The position numbers and the translations under genes are program-made. A stretch of 64,000 bases of DNA, taken from contig CM052816.1 in the NCBI GenBank assembly GCA_028534125.1, positions 42,162,001-42,226,000 of the forward strand, read 5' to 3'. The first letter of the stretch is position 1. Every line of letters starts with the position of its first letter. Below the pieces are notes generated by a model, which did not search any database, was not told the DNA's origin, and was given only the letters and a program-made list of their open reading frames with translations. The DNA comes from Lama glama (Eukaryota). Below, piece by piece: positions 21,315-34,450 of the stretch.

Positions 21315-24300
21315 CCCAGGATCTTCCCAGACAAGGAGCAAAGCCAGCTGCCCTCAGCTGTGTCTCATTTCACTGTAAGCGTGAAGAAGAAATGCATGGT
21401 TTGAGGAGTCATGTTATAATAAATGGTATGAATTCTCCTACTGTGTGTGGATACCTCGGAAGTTTGTTTTTGTTTTTGTTTTTGTTTTGTTTGTTTGGGC
21501 GGGGCGCTCTTTGTTGACCTCTTGTTTAAACTTTCCAGACAGGAACATTTTATTTCCCTATATTAGAGTTGGGGTACTCTGAGACTTCCTTTATTCCAAA
21601 TCACTTACAGAGCCAGTGATTAAGAGAGCCATGAAGGGCTTCTGATTCCAAAGAAAAACCTCTTTCAAAAGAAACAGCAAAGTATGAGGAGTGATTGTTC
21701 TATCTTCTTCCAGTGACATGCTGACTGCCAAACAGGAAAGCCACATTAATTTTCACATGTGACATAAGACACATGTTGGCTCATGAATGGTTATAACCCC
21801 ATCTTTCCTGTAATCTCTTTATTATTTAAGGATGTAAAAGCAAAACCAGTTAGACAAGGATTAGATCTGTAGTAACCTCTGCATTGAAAAGCCTTCCAAA
21901 TCAGTGACATTCATGTCTACTTAACCACCAGGCAGAGAGATAGTAACTTGGTTCAGGGTTGAGATAAAGTTGAAATTTTGTAAATATTTAATGTTGTCAA
22001 TGAAATAGTTTCCTTAAACTCTAACCTTTGTTTCAGCTGGTTTCTTTCAGAAGAAGATAAATAAAAGCAAGAAGAGTTAGACCTGTTTTAGTGCTGGTGA
22101 ATATACAGAAAAAAGGAGAATAAGTTACAAAAGAGCACAAGCTAAAAAAAAAAAATTGAGCACAAACTGATTGATCCAGTTGAAAAAAACATGAATGACT
22201 TGGTATTTTGGCTAAAAGAAATGAAAATTTTTTCAGCACATTGACTAACTTCATTAATGCTTTTGGGGTAGTCTCTGCCTGCATCTCCTGGATGTGTGAC
22301 TTAGAAGTGGGGGACCCCACACAACTCCCCTTCTGTCAAATTCTCCTACCTCATCCTACAGTTTGGTTTTACGGGGCTCTGCATGCACGGAAGGAAAGGA
22401 GAATGAGGCATAACACCTCAAATTCAAAATGTACTGAATATATAACTTCACTTTTCTGGGTAGAGAATCTGTAATTTTTATCCGGATAAAAATGTTTGTT
22501 AACAACCACTGCCCTCGATGACTTTTCAGGTCACTTACTGATCTTATATTTTATGACTGCAGCAGGCAGAGACCCAGAGGAAGCAGTAAACAGGCATGGG
22601 TCAGAATGACAGAAGATAGGCACAGAAGTTACTGCTTTCCTTATTCCACTGCCAATGCTGGCCACCTAAGTCACTCCAGGCTCTGCTGCCCATAAATGAT
22701 GGCCTACCTCCTCACCGAAAGGGAACCCTGTGTGCAGAATACAAGGTGTACTATGCTTGATGTTCATAACCATAAAATAATTCTTAGACATCCACGAACT
22801 AGATTTGCCTGGTGCCTACCACACAACTATTTCCATTAGCTTTGACTGAAAGGAAAATCCTTCATGACACCATCAAGCAAAGCTTCAGAATGACTCAAGC
22901 CATAAGCCAATGGCTAGAGGCTTCTTGCAAGCATAGTTTTGATTGTCTTCTAAAAATACAGAGGCCAATAATCTGAACAGGAACTGGGAAAGACAGGGGT
23001 GAGAAGAAACAATGATAAAATAATGAACTATTGAAAAGACACATTAATTAAAACCCCCAAATTGGCATATTTGTCTATAAAGTGAAGCCCCTTAGAGACA
23101 ACGCCACATTCACTCTGTTCTTAATAGGCTAAGTGAGAGAGACAAGCTGGCATTAACCCTCCATCCCCTGCCACCCCTTTCTTGTTGGCACAGAGATGGG
23201 ACAGCGAGGAGGCCAGGTAAGGGCCACTTCTGTGTGCACATCTGAAAGCCCAATAACTCTTACCAGACATAGGGAGAAAAGATGTCTTAGGTTGAACCAT
23301 ATAAAACACCCGCTTTGTAAGTAAAAGCTGATCAAATATTGGCCATGTCATATGGTTCAACCAATATACAGAATACCTCCAAAGCAGGACATTCTAGCCA
23401 GTCTGGCATTAACAGGGTGTTCCTGACTCATCTTTCACTGGCAGAAGTGATTAAGATTCCGGAGAAAAAGATGAGATGGTTAATTCACTGTGAAATCAAT
23501 TTGGTCCATTCTTAATGATCATAATTATGTCTTAGAAAGAAAGAAATTCTAATTCCAAGATATCTCTTAAGCCAACACAGGAGATAGAGTCATGCTTCCT
23601 ACAGTATTAAGTTTGACAGATCTCAGTCCAGAGCCTATTGTGGGCCAAGCACAGGTTGCTGGGTATAGAAACACTTGCACGATTTCTTGAGATTAATCTT
23701 GAAGGGAGAAATCCTTCTGTGAGTGGGGAATAGCTAATACCTGCTAATACGTCAGGAATTATTTGCTAACAAAGAAAGGCTTCTAGATCATCACCATCAT
23801 CTCTGAAATTGTTAAGATGTTTTAAAATAATCTTTTGTGCATATAATCACAGTATTCAACAGTCTGGATATACCATAATTTAACCAATTTTCAAATGCTG
23901 GATATATAGGTTATTTCTAATCTTTTTCTATCATTTAATTTTCTGTAATTAACACTCTTTAATATTAAAAACAGTAGAGTTTGGCATAAGATTATTTTAC
24001 GCCCAGGAAGTTTGACAGCTACTAGAGTTTAAACATTAAAGTTTGACATTTCCTATGTGTTTATAAATGGATGGAAGAAATGGATGGAGAGGCTGGCCTC
24101 CCACAAGGATGAAGTCTATTGGTTCTTCTCTAATGAATCTTATTCAGAGGTGTGACACCAAGTGAAGTCCTTGTCCCTACAAACCTGATGGAAACTTGGA
24201 TTTGATTAGCTTTATCATCTTTTTTATTTAAGTTATTTTGCAACTCAAAGTTCCCAGGTTTTCCTTATAGAATTTATCAATTTAAAAGATCATTTTTCAA

Positions 24301-24344
24301 ATAGCAGATTTAAAACTTTGGGAAGCTCTTCCTCCCACCTTGCA

Positions 24345-25495
24345 GTTTTATTGAGATATAAATAAAACATGGCATTGTGTAAGTTTAAGGTGTACAACAG
24401 AATGACATATATATATAAAATGGTTACCACAATAAAAACATCCATCACCTTACATAGTTACATTTTTTTCTTGTGATGAAAACTTAAAATTTACTCTCTC
24501 AGTAACTCTTAAGTACACTATATATTATTAAGTAATGTCACCATGCTGTACATCTCCAGAACTTATTTATCTTATAACTAGACGTTGGCACCTTTTGATC
24601 ACCTTCCTCCATTTCCCCCAACCCCAACTCCCTGTCTCTGCAACCACCAATCTATTCTTTGTATCTATGAGTTTGGTATTTTAGGTTGCACATGTAGGTG
24701 AGATCATCTAGTATTTGTCTTTCTTTGACTTATTTCACTTAGCATAATATCCTCACAGTTGATCCATGCTCTTGCAGATGGCAGGATTTTCTTCTGTTTT
24801 ATGGCTGAATAATATTCCATTGTATATATACACATTTGTTTTATCCATTCACCTGGTGATGGACACTTAGATTGTTCCATGTCTTGGCCATTGTAAATAA
24901 TGCTGCCATGAACATGGGGATACAGATATCTCTTCAAGGTAGTATTTTCATTTTCTTCAAATACCTAGAAGTGGAATTGCTGGACCATATGTGAGTTCTA
25001 TTTTTAATTTTTCGAGGAACTTCCATATTGTCTGCCATAGTGGCTGCACCAATTTACATTTCTACCAACAGTGCATAAAGATTCCCTTTTCTCCACATCC
25101 TCACCAATACTCATCTCTTGTCTTTTTTATTATAGCCATTCTAACAGGTGAGAGGTGATTATCTTACTGTGGTTTTGATTTGTATTTTCCTGATGGAAAA
25201 TTCAATTTTCCTGTTGACCTCCTTTTCATTTACCTGTTAGCAATTTGCATATCATTTAAAAAAAAACAAATCTATTCTGTTTTTCTGCCCATTTTTAAAC
25301 TGGAGTGGTTTTTTTCTGTTTTTTTTTTTAACTATTGACTTGTATAAGTTCTCTATATACTTATAGATCATAATTATATATTTATATATTTTATATATTA
25401 ACCCCTTATCAGATATATGATTTAAAAATATTTTCTCCCATTCTGTAGGCTGCCTTTTCATTTTATTGATGGTTCTCTTTGCTTTTTAGTATGAT
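24345..25495 (-). mobile_element. L1 (L1MA-like) ORF2 C-terminus and 3' UTR, decayed
   Basis: ORF-track peptides MKRQPTEWEKIF..HISDKGL and MEYYSAIKQKKIL..EDIMLSEISQ are typical L1 ORF2/3'-end remnants. Confidence 0.9.
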
Positions 25496-27094
25496 GTAGC
25501 TGAAATGGTTAGCTCATGACAGTAACCACTGAAGCTGAAGCTATGTTAGGAGCAAAAAATTTAAGGGGCATGAAGAGTAGACCTCAACTTGCGGTGTTTG
25601 TACTAGTGATTATTGGGCCTCGTCGGGAAAGGAAGCAAAGATAGACTCTGGCTTTGTTATTTCTCTTTATAACTTCCCAGAGAAACTGGGCAGTGGAGCC
25701 TACATTCTACAGGGGTTGCCAGGAAATTTTACAACCTATCAGCAGGAGCCGGGCTCCTGTGGGTTGATATTCCAAGGAAGGCCCATCTGTTTGTTCAGCT
25801 TTTTCCTGAGGGAGCCAGAGAGGGACTGGCTTCAGTTTCAGAATAAGCTGAAGTCCCTAATAAGAGAAAGCTTTGTGGTTGAGTCCAAATATTAATATAG
25901 ATAATACGCTGACATGCATACCAGTTTAAAATTCACAACTTTCACCAATTTAAAAACACACGTCACCTTGTTTTTTGAGCATTTCTCCCCCTGGTGCAAT
26001 AGCGAAGGCAATGAACCCCACCCCCCAACACACACACACAAGTGAGTTCAGGGACAACTCACAGTCTCCACTGGATCCTCAGATATTATCCACAGATATT
26101 AATAATAAGAACAGCAATAGTATATAGTAAATAGGGATGATAATAAACTCGTATTATAATTACAAGCCCAGCTAAAATTCTGTACCAAGATACGATTCTT
26201 GCCATGTGGGCTGGAAAAAAGAATTCAAAAAAATCATTTTAAAAGTTACCAAGTAAGATAGAGATAGGACTTGTAGCAGTAATTTCTCAAACGTATAGTA
26301 GGATCAATAAATAGTATGGGGGAAAGAGAAAGAGAATTCAAACGGGAGCTGGAGCAGTCAAGAAGCACTGAGGTAACAAAGTTTTCACTGATGGCTTCTT
26401 GTTTTGTTTCATTTTTCCACAGTAATAGAGGAAATGTAGGGGGTACCAAGTGCAGAGCCGGGACAGGCAAAAATAAAGAAGCAGGAAATGGCATGTTTGG
26501 AAGTTAGTGAGTATAAAACAGTCTGGCTGGAAAAAAGGGCCAGATTTTTCTGGAAGTAAGTTAAGACCTGACTCAACTTAAGTCAGAGTTTGCAACACTG
26601 TTGGAAGTGATGCAACTTCTTTTCCAGCAGTGGGCTAGGAGCAAATACTCAATTTTGTAAAATAGGTAGCTCATATCCAAAAAAGGAAGTAATAGCTAAA
26701 TTACTCATGTTTCCAACTTGCAAAGACAAATGAAAAGCTAATTCCACCCAGCACATTAAGGACTCACCTGGGCCTCCTGGGGTATCCTCTGTGGTCTGGT
26801 AGCTTGGTACTGGACTGACAGAGCTAATGGATGCTTTGAGCTTTTAACATTTTTCAGAAAAGCAGTTAGAAATAGTAACTGGGATCACATGAATATATCT
26901 TCAATAGTCAATGAGAATGTCAAGGGGAGCCCCACAGCACAAGAACAAAAGACAGAAAAAGAACAGACAAAAGTTGGGCAATTTTAACTAAAGTCACTCA
27001 TTTCCTCATTTCTGAACCAGTTGAGTTGCTGTTAGACATCTGGGCTGATAAGTGTCGTCTGGTGAGGGAAGCAGGATGGCAGGAAAGCAGAATA

Positions 27095-27320
27095 ATCATT
27101 TTTGAAATAACTAGGATTTGCACAGCACTTTACAAATTGTAAAACACTTCAAATACATGATGTGATGTGAAACTCTCAAGAATTAGTGAAGTCAACAGGA
27201 TGAGTCTTATCCTCATTATAGAGATATGGAGGCTCTCGGTGCCTAAGTAAGTAGCCACCCTAAGTTATTCCCAGAATAAATCATTGAACTGGTCTTCCAA
27301 CTTCTAGTCCAATGGGTTTT
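27095..27320 (-). mobile_element. MIR fragment
   Basis: agcactttacaaattgtaaaacacttc, atcctcattatagagatatggaggctc. Confidence 0.55.
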
Positions 27321-27789
27321 TGACCACAAAATTGTTTCCTCTAACTTAGAGGCACAAAATAGTTGAAAAGATCTATATAAAGAAAATCTTCTCCTTTATT
27401 TTGGCTACTCCAAGACGTTCTTAAGTGTCTCGAAAATTTCATTACTGATTCTAAATATACATTCCGAGCCCAATATCTCACTGAGTTTAGGCCAGTGGGG
27501 ATGAGGGGTGTCACCCTGACTTTTTCAAAGGGCGAGAATTAATGCCTAAAGGCATCCTTTGTACATAATGAATTAACTAACGTCTCTCCTATACAAAGAA
27601 TGGCACTAGTTCGCAACTAACCTTAGGAGAATTGGAGAACAGTTTTTCAGCTATTTCTATGTTTTATGGTTTGGGTGAGGATGCTGATAGTACACTTATC
27701 TTTGAAGAAGGAGTCCCTTAGTGACTGGAAGGAAGCACCACACTTCTCCTTGCCTATACTCTCTAGAGGTTTGTACAATAAAGGTGATG

Positions 27790-28045
27790 ATAGTGATAGC
27801 AACTGTCATTTATTGAGAATTTACTACGTATCAATGACTGTCATTAAGTGCTTCACACGTATTACCTCATTTAATCTTCAAATTTGGGAGGCAGGTATTA
27901 TTATTAACGTCTTACAGATGACAAATTTGAGGCTCAGAAAAGTCAATGAACCTTGTCCAAAGTCACACAGGGAATAAGAGACAGAAATGAAATTTAAACT
28001 GAGGTCAGTTTTACTCCAAAGCAATTCTTTTTCCCATTATACTAC
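27790..28045 (-). mobile_element. MIR
   Basis: catttattgagaatttactacgt, attacctcatttaatcttca, ttacagatgacaaatttgaggctcaga, ttgtccaaagtcacacag. Confidence 0.85.
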
Positions 28046-28279
28046 ACTGCAGTGGATGGTCCACTATGCCATCTCACTGAACAAGGGGACTGCTTCTCCT
28101 CCACCCCATTCTCAACTTTTTCAGAGAAAGAGCAGGCTTGTAATCAGGCTGACAAAAACAATGGTTGGGCAACAAATTGGCCCCTGACATTTGAACCAAT
28201 GTTGAAACTAAAAATAAGTACAAAGTCATGAATAATTTAATAATGCAACTTGAAGGAATCTCAAGAGACCATAAACTCT

Positions 28280-29060
28280 TCCATTCATTTAAATAATATT
28301 TACTGGCAGTCTGTTGGGTGCGAGATAATGCACCAGATGCTGAAAGTTTAAAAAAATGACAAGTCATACTTCCTGCATTCAAGGAACTTACATTCTAAAA
28401 GCAAATACAGGCACACACACAATTACAATACAGTTAATAAGTATGGACAAATTAAAAAGGAGGCACAAAGAAAAGAATGACCAACACCGTTTGGGATCCC
28501 AGTCTGGCTTTCCAGAAAAGATGCTTCAGCTGGGTCTTGATGTATGAGTAGGAATCTGACAGATAAAAATTTTGTTGGAGTGATACTCTGAGAAAAGAGG
28601 AAGATAGCATTCAAAGGGATGGGATAAAAAATCAAGTGGCAGGTTTGAGGACATGTGAATAGTTCAAGATGGTTACAGTTTAGGATGAGAGACAGGGCTG
28701 TAGAGATATAAGACTAGCGGGGCTGGTCATGGAGAGCCTTGGAAGTCATCCAATGGAAGATGAGATGCCACTCAAGTCAGAAGAAAGATTACTGCAATAC
28801 ATTGGGAAAGAGAGGACAAAGAGCAGAGCTGACGCAGCAGCACTAGAAGAAACAGGTTAAACACTAGAAGAAACAGGAGGTAATAGGAAGTCAAGTCAAT
28901 GGAACTAAACTTAATGACTGATTAGGAGGAGTTTGCAGGTGACGGGGAGACAGAGTCAGGAAGAGGACATCCAGGTTCTTGGTTTGGGTTGGATGAGTGA
29001 ATGGGCAAGGCAGTGAAAGATGAGGAATTTGGGGTGGGGGTTGTAGTTTGAGATAGTGGT
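28280..29060 (-). mobile_element. L2 fragments
   Basis: cattcatttaaataatatttactgg, cctgcattcaaggaacttacattcta, gacatccaggttcttggtttggg. Confidence 0.65.
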
Positions 29061-31275
29061 ATCTGTAGAACCTCCGGTAAATGTTCTGCAGGTGCACAGA
29101 TACACAGACAGACTCAGTCATATAGATTATCAAATTGGAGCCTTGTATCCCTGGCCAAAATAAAATCTGCCCATTAGTGGCATCCAGGTGACCCATGTGT
29201 CTCACCATGAAAAATACTGGCATTTTGAGTTTATATTAGTCCCTTCTTTCTAAGAGTTCGGAGCTGACTTTTCCCCAGCTGCAAATAAATATGCATAAGG
29301 ATTCTCTAACTCCTTTAATACACTTTCTGTCATAGAGATTCTTGTCTTTAGCTCTAATTTCCAGCTAATCAACCATTTCTAATACACAAAGGATTGTATG
29401 CAACAATGACCATCTTTTACGTAAGAACCTGTTTACTCTTGTCACTTCATAAAAGTTAAGTGGCAGTTGGGGAAAAAGGTAGTGTACCCTATCATGAAGG
29501 GGAAAAAATGAGTTTTCAAATAGCACACATTAAGAAACTATATTTGTATATAAAAACTTAACTTTAAAAATTGTTTTTAAATGTTTAATTGGGCATCAAG
29601 CCCTTAGGGTGCAGTGTTACAGTAAAAACCAAGAGCTAAAATACATTCATGCTTACTCCTCTGTAACTGCTTTGAATTACAAATAAAGGATTACCACAAG
29701 GTAATATGAGGGAGGAAATTCCTTCTATGTTGAAGACTAAAGAGTTCAAGTCAGGTGGAAATGAACTGATAAGTCTCATGTGTATCAGAGTAAGCAAGAA
29801 AGGTGTGCAAGAGAGAACTGTTAAAGGACATTCTAATTATGATCAGGATAAAGGCCCGTTCAGCTAAGCAGTCACATCTGGCTTCTAGTGATATCAGTCT
29901 GCATAGTGGAAATAATAAGTTAAGGTCATGGGATTGTTGGGAGTCTCTTGTGCATATTAGACTTATTTCCTCAGTGAGTCAGACTTAGAATGTCAGAGAG
30001 ATCAATTTATGTGAATACAATTAATAAGGTAATTACGAAATAGAGACAGCTCAAGAGGACATTGCCTGATAATTAATAATCAGCTGGAAAGGATGAGGAT
30101 CCTAGGAAATAGTGAATTAAATAAAGATCAGCATGGACAATTTCTAGGGTTAGTATCTGCTGCCATCTGCCAAAAAATCTAACTCAAATTAAACAGGGCC
30201 TCTTGAAACTTTATGACCTATAATTTGATGGCCTATAATTTCATGTTCTAGAGAGCCCAAAGAAAGGGGGCCAGAAATAGGCAAAGGAAAAGGGGAACAA
30301 TACCCTGCATGAAAATAGTGTGAGGTCCAGGTTCTCCTCCCACCTCTGCTAGAGATCAGCTGCATAAACGGAAACAAAGCACTTCACTTCAAGGCCTCAA
30401 TTTCTTCATTAGTCAAACAGGATGACTGAACCCTATGACCTCTACGGTTCCTTGCATCTCTGAAATCTGAATTATAAACACAGTTCCTTAACAAGAACAA
30501 TCAAAAAAAGCTAAAAAATGAACCACTCAGAACAAGGAGTGGTGATGGTTGTGGATGTTGAATACTTACCAATGGACATGGAAAGCCCAGATTTTTAAAG
30601 AAAAAAGGAAAAAAAATTGAAAAGAGAAATATAAAAGGACTAGTCCCATGTTCTCAAGTCATGGGTCTGAAAACAAAAATGAGACACGAAGATTGGGACT
30701 GTGGCTCATTTCTCGATGCAGCTCCTAATACTTGTAAGCAGATCGTTTACTGTTATGATAGGTATAGCTACAGCTATCAACAAAATACCCTTCATTATAA
30801 GAAACATAAAGCACTCACCTTCAAGTTCAACACCCTTAGTAACAATGTTCTCTGGAAACCAAAGCTTAAAAACCGAGGAACTGATTCATCTAGAAAGTTT
30901 TTGCTAACCAGATGCTCCTCGGTGAAAAGAGCACTTCTCTGAAGACATGCATAAAACATCTCATGTAGGTAGAGGAGGCGAGAAAACAGACAGCTGCCTG
31001 CCTGGACCTCAGCATACCTCCTACTTCTCCAAAATCCTCCACTTGCTGAAAATCCTTGGAAGTTTCTGGGCTGAAGTTGGATTATTCAACTTGGACTGAA
31101 AGGCCGGGGCAGGGAGCTAGGGGAGCCCTACTAACTTTGAAAGTCAAATTTTCCTCAGACCAAAAAGTAAGGGGGATGGTCAGAGCTCTAACACCAACGT
31201 GACACACCCAAAACAAAATGATATATGGCAAGCACAATGACAGAAAGAAGCTGACACTTCCATGCTGGGGAGTCA

Positions 31276-31289
31276 CCACTAGAAGGCAG
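31276..31289 (+). promoter_or_regulatory. Candidate CTCF motif
   Basis: CCACTAGAAGGCAG has one mismatch to the core consensus. Confidence 0.3.
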
Positions 31290-32694
31290 GAAGGGAGTCA
31301 ACTCTGGTGTCTCAAGTTATCCATGTCCTATTGAGTTGGGCAACACTTTCTAAAGAATTTGTGACTTTTGACATTTTGAGGTGGCATGAGGGTTTTTAGA
31401 ACTAGGATGTAACGATATCCAAAGCAGCAGCATGGAAACAAGCCAAGGAGACAAACAAGGCAGTCAAACAGTGGAGACTTTTTCAAAGTCTCTGCCTGCT
31501 GTGAATTAAAAGCACTGCCCTCCCCTTGCTCTCCCCCAGGCTGAGGGCTGCAGCACATTTGGGTAGATGGGAAGAAATGGACTGTCTCAATGCCAGACCC
31601 TTCCCAAGGGTCTCCAATGGCATGTTTGCTCTTCCCTGAAAGCACCCAGGCACCAGTAAAACTTGGTGAGAATGAATACTAAGGCCAGTGTTCGAAGGGG
31701 AAATGAGTCACTTGGTACCAGGTAGCTTGCAAAGCATGTGTAAGCAAAGAAGGGCCATGGCTAGGGCTGCGAGGGATGAGGGGCAGGCTGTGAAGTGGGA
31801 AAAGGCTGACTGTTTCTACCTCTGCAAATGACCATGGGAGTATTTGGTACCTTCTGGCAAGACTGCCTCCTCTCCCAGACTCACCACATAGCCTGCCAGC
31901 TTCTGTAGAGCCCTCAGGGTCAACCAGGGGCCTCCCAGAATGCCACTGAAGAATCACAATTCCCAACTTCAAAGTCCTACCTGCATCCTTATTTTCTAAG
32001 CAGAGCACCGGGGTGTGGGTAATGCAGTGGTAATGCCAATTCCAAGAGCAGACACCCAAATAAAACAGGGCAGAGTGTCCCCCTCTGACCCTGCCAAGGA
32101 GCCTGCAATCCAAAAGGAGCCCATTCTTTCAGGTCCCCAAGCAATGAAAACGGAATTTTGGCAGTTTATTTGGAGAGGTGAGATATCATATCATGGCAGT
32201 ACATGGAAATAAATATAACTGACATAAAGTCACCTAGAAGAACAGCCATGATAAATACAGTTAAATATACTCACCAGGACATCTGTATACCATGCTTAGA
32301 TCTTTATTTATGGCTCAAGTGTTTGGTGTTGTGGAGAGAGTAGTAAGCTAGGAATTTGGATCTAGGTTCTAGTTCAAGCCATTTAGTTAGTTGTATGAGC
32401 TGGCCAATTTACTTCCTAGGGACTCACTCTTCTTAGCTGTAAAGTGAGGACAATTGTGATCCTTAAAATTCCTTCTGGTGTCAATTCATGGTCCAATAAT
32501 CTTGGACTGAGATTATAAGAAAGCTCATTTGGAAGGGAAGAATGTTCCAGCATGATCAGGAATTTCAAGACAATCACAAGGCCTGGGCAGTCGTTGCCAA
32601 TGACTCCTCATTGTGACACTTTGAGCATAAAAAAGAAAGAATGCTAGTGTGTAAGAATTTACAATGTTGTTTTCTTAGTTAGCAGATGCTAAGG

Positions 32695-32925
32695 TAGTGG
32701 TTTGTTATCAACGGAAGCCATTCGCACCCGCTCCTCAAGGAGACATTCGACAAAGTCTGGAGACATTTTTTTCTCAACTGGGATGAGGTGGGACATGAGA
32801 GGGTAACTGAAGGGGGGCACTACTGGCATCTAGTGGGTAATGGCTGGGGCTGCAGCTAGATGTTGGATGATGCCCAGGACAGCCCCCATCATAAATTATC
32901 TGGCTCCAAATGCACTCATGCTGGG
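32695..32925 (+). mobile_element. MER20-like hAT-Charlie element
   Basis: gtctggagacattttt, ctactggcatctagtgggta, caggacagccccc, aattatctggctccaaatg. Confidence 0.8.
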
Positions 32926-33034
32926 ATGGGGCTTGTGTAGACACTGGCAAGGCAGGTAGCTGAGTGATAAAGCTGCGGGAGGAACCTGGAGAGGCAGGTT
33001 GTGACCCCTTACCTTTACCAGGCTCTGGCCATGT

Positions 33035-33230
33035 AGGGATGAGGGCCTACTGTTGCCAAGTTATCCAATTCCTCCAAAGTCATAAATTTAGATTTTTACT
33101 GAACTCATCTGCCTTTCAAATCCCAGCGGCGACTAATGCAATTCTTTCAAAATACTCAACTTTCCTGGGCAGTAGAAAGGGGAGGTCAGATTCAGGCTGC
33201 AGGTGGCCATTCTGCCACTCACTTCACCTC
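33035..33230. mobile_element. MER103-like hAT fragment
   Basis: tgttgccaagttatcc, agatttttactgaa, gcgactaatgcaatt; weak similarity to the recalled consensus. Confidence 0.45.
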
Positions 33231-34237
33231 CCACCCCCATGCTATTAAATCTCACATGGCAAAAACCAACTTACAGCCTTCCCTTAGCCTTAAAGACAAA
33301 GTATTCAAAAAATATATGGCCACCTGAGCTTTTGTGCAATCCTACAAGATGAGTTTAAATAGAGATTTTGGGGGGGTGAAGGGGCAGGGGGCTGTCCAAC
33401 TGCATAACTATGAGAAACAGGGAGTAAGTGTTGGAAGCAACACATGAAATGCTTGTGTTTCTTCCTCTACCTTGAGTTTAGCCTATACTCAGATTTGGTT
33501 CTTTGTTTTGTTCTGATGCATATCTGCTTTTCTCTTTCTTCAAGTCAGATTTAATTTGGAATCCCCAAGCCTGTCCAGCCTTCTCAAAACTGGCCATACC
33601 CTTTAAGGTTTTAAAACTGAAGTACAGCCAATTTCCAATGCTGTATTAATTGTCATGTGCTTTAGCAAGTGATCCTCAGCCTCAGCTTCTTAGGTGCTGT
33701 GACTTAGTCAGGACTAGCACAGGCTGGACCTTCTTGCTTCACCAGGGCATGGGAATCTGGGGGCTCCAGAAACCTCTTTAGCTGGGTGAACCCAAAAGGA
33801 GCTCTGACATGTCTAGTCGAGAAGAAAGATGTTGATACACTTTCTTCGTTCCTGAGGAGGCTCCTTGTCTGTATCACAAATTAAAAGCTACCAAGCATGT
33901 TAACAAAACTCTCATCTGGCCTTTTCCTGGATTCGGTCATCTGACTTGGATACCAGACACTTGTTCTTTGGAGCACCTGGCATTTACTTCCTTGAGTGAC
34001 TAACTACTGATGCAGTGATTCCCATCATCAGCAAGTCCTGGAACCCAGTGGTGACAGCTGTTTACTAGTAACTCTGCAGGGAAGGTCACACTTGAAGCTC
34101 CTCTCCTATGGCTGTTGTATCTGTTGTGACTGTGATACACACAGAACACACTGTGAAGACAGTAGGTATGGCTTCATTATACCCATTTCATAGACAGCAT
34201 AGCCAAACTCTGATCCATATAACAATCTCTGGGGCAG

Positions 34238-34450
34238 GCATGGGCTCTGAAGCCAGATGCCTGGTTTCAAATCCCGATATTGACAAATCTCAGCTGTACA
34301 AACGGACAAATCACTTTATTTCTCTGTGCCTCAGTTTCCTTATCTCAAAAATAAGAATAGTAGCATCACACACTACCTCATAGAGCTGTCATGAGAATTA
34401 AATGAGGTAATATACATGCAAAGCATTTAGGAAATGCCCTGGCACAAAGT
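34238..34450 (+). mobile_element. MIR
   Basis: gggctctgaagccagatgcctggtttcaaatccc, tctctgtgcctcagtttccttatct, gagaattaaatgag, cctggcaca. Confidence 0.9.

Noticed and set aside
24704..25461. ORFs with protein-like motifs (EWEKIF, MEYYSAIK)
   Set aside because: Decayed L1 ORF2/3' remnants, not host genes; the same applies to 42955-43197.
28841..28877. Direct repeat cactagaagaaacagg x2 as an array or CRISPR-like structure
   Set aside because: Only two copies with a 5-bp gap in mammalian DNA; an ordinary micro-duplication.
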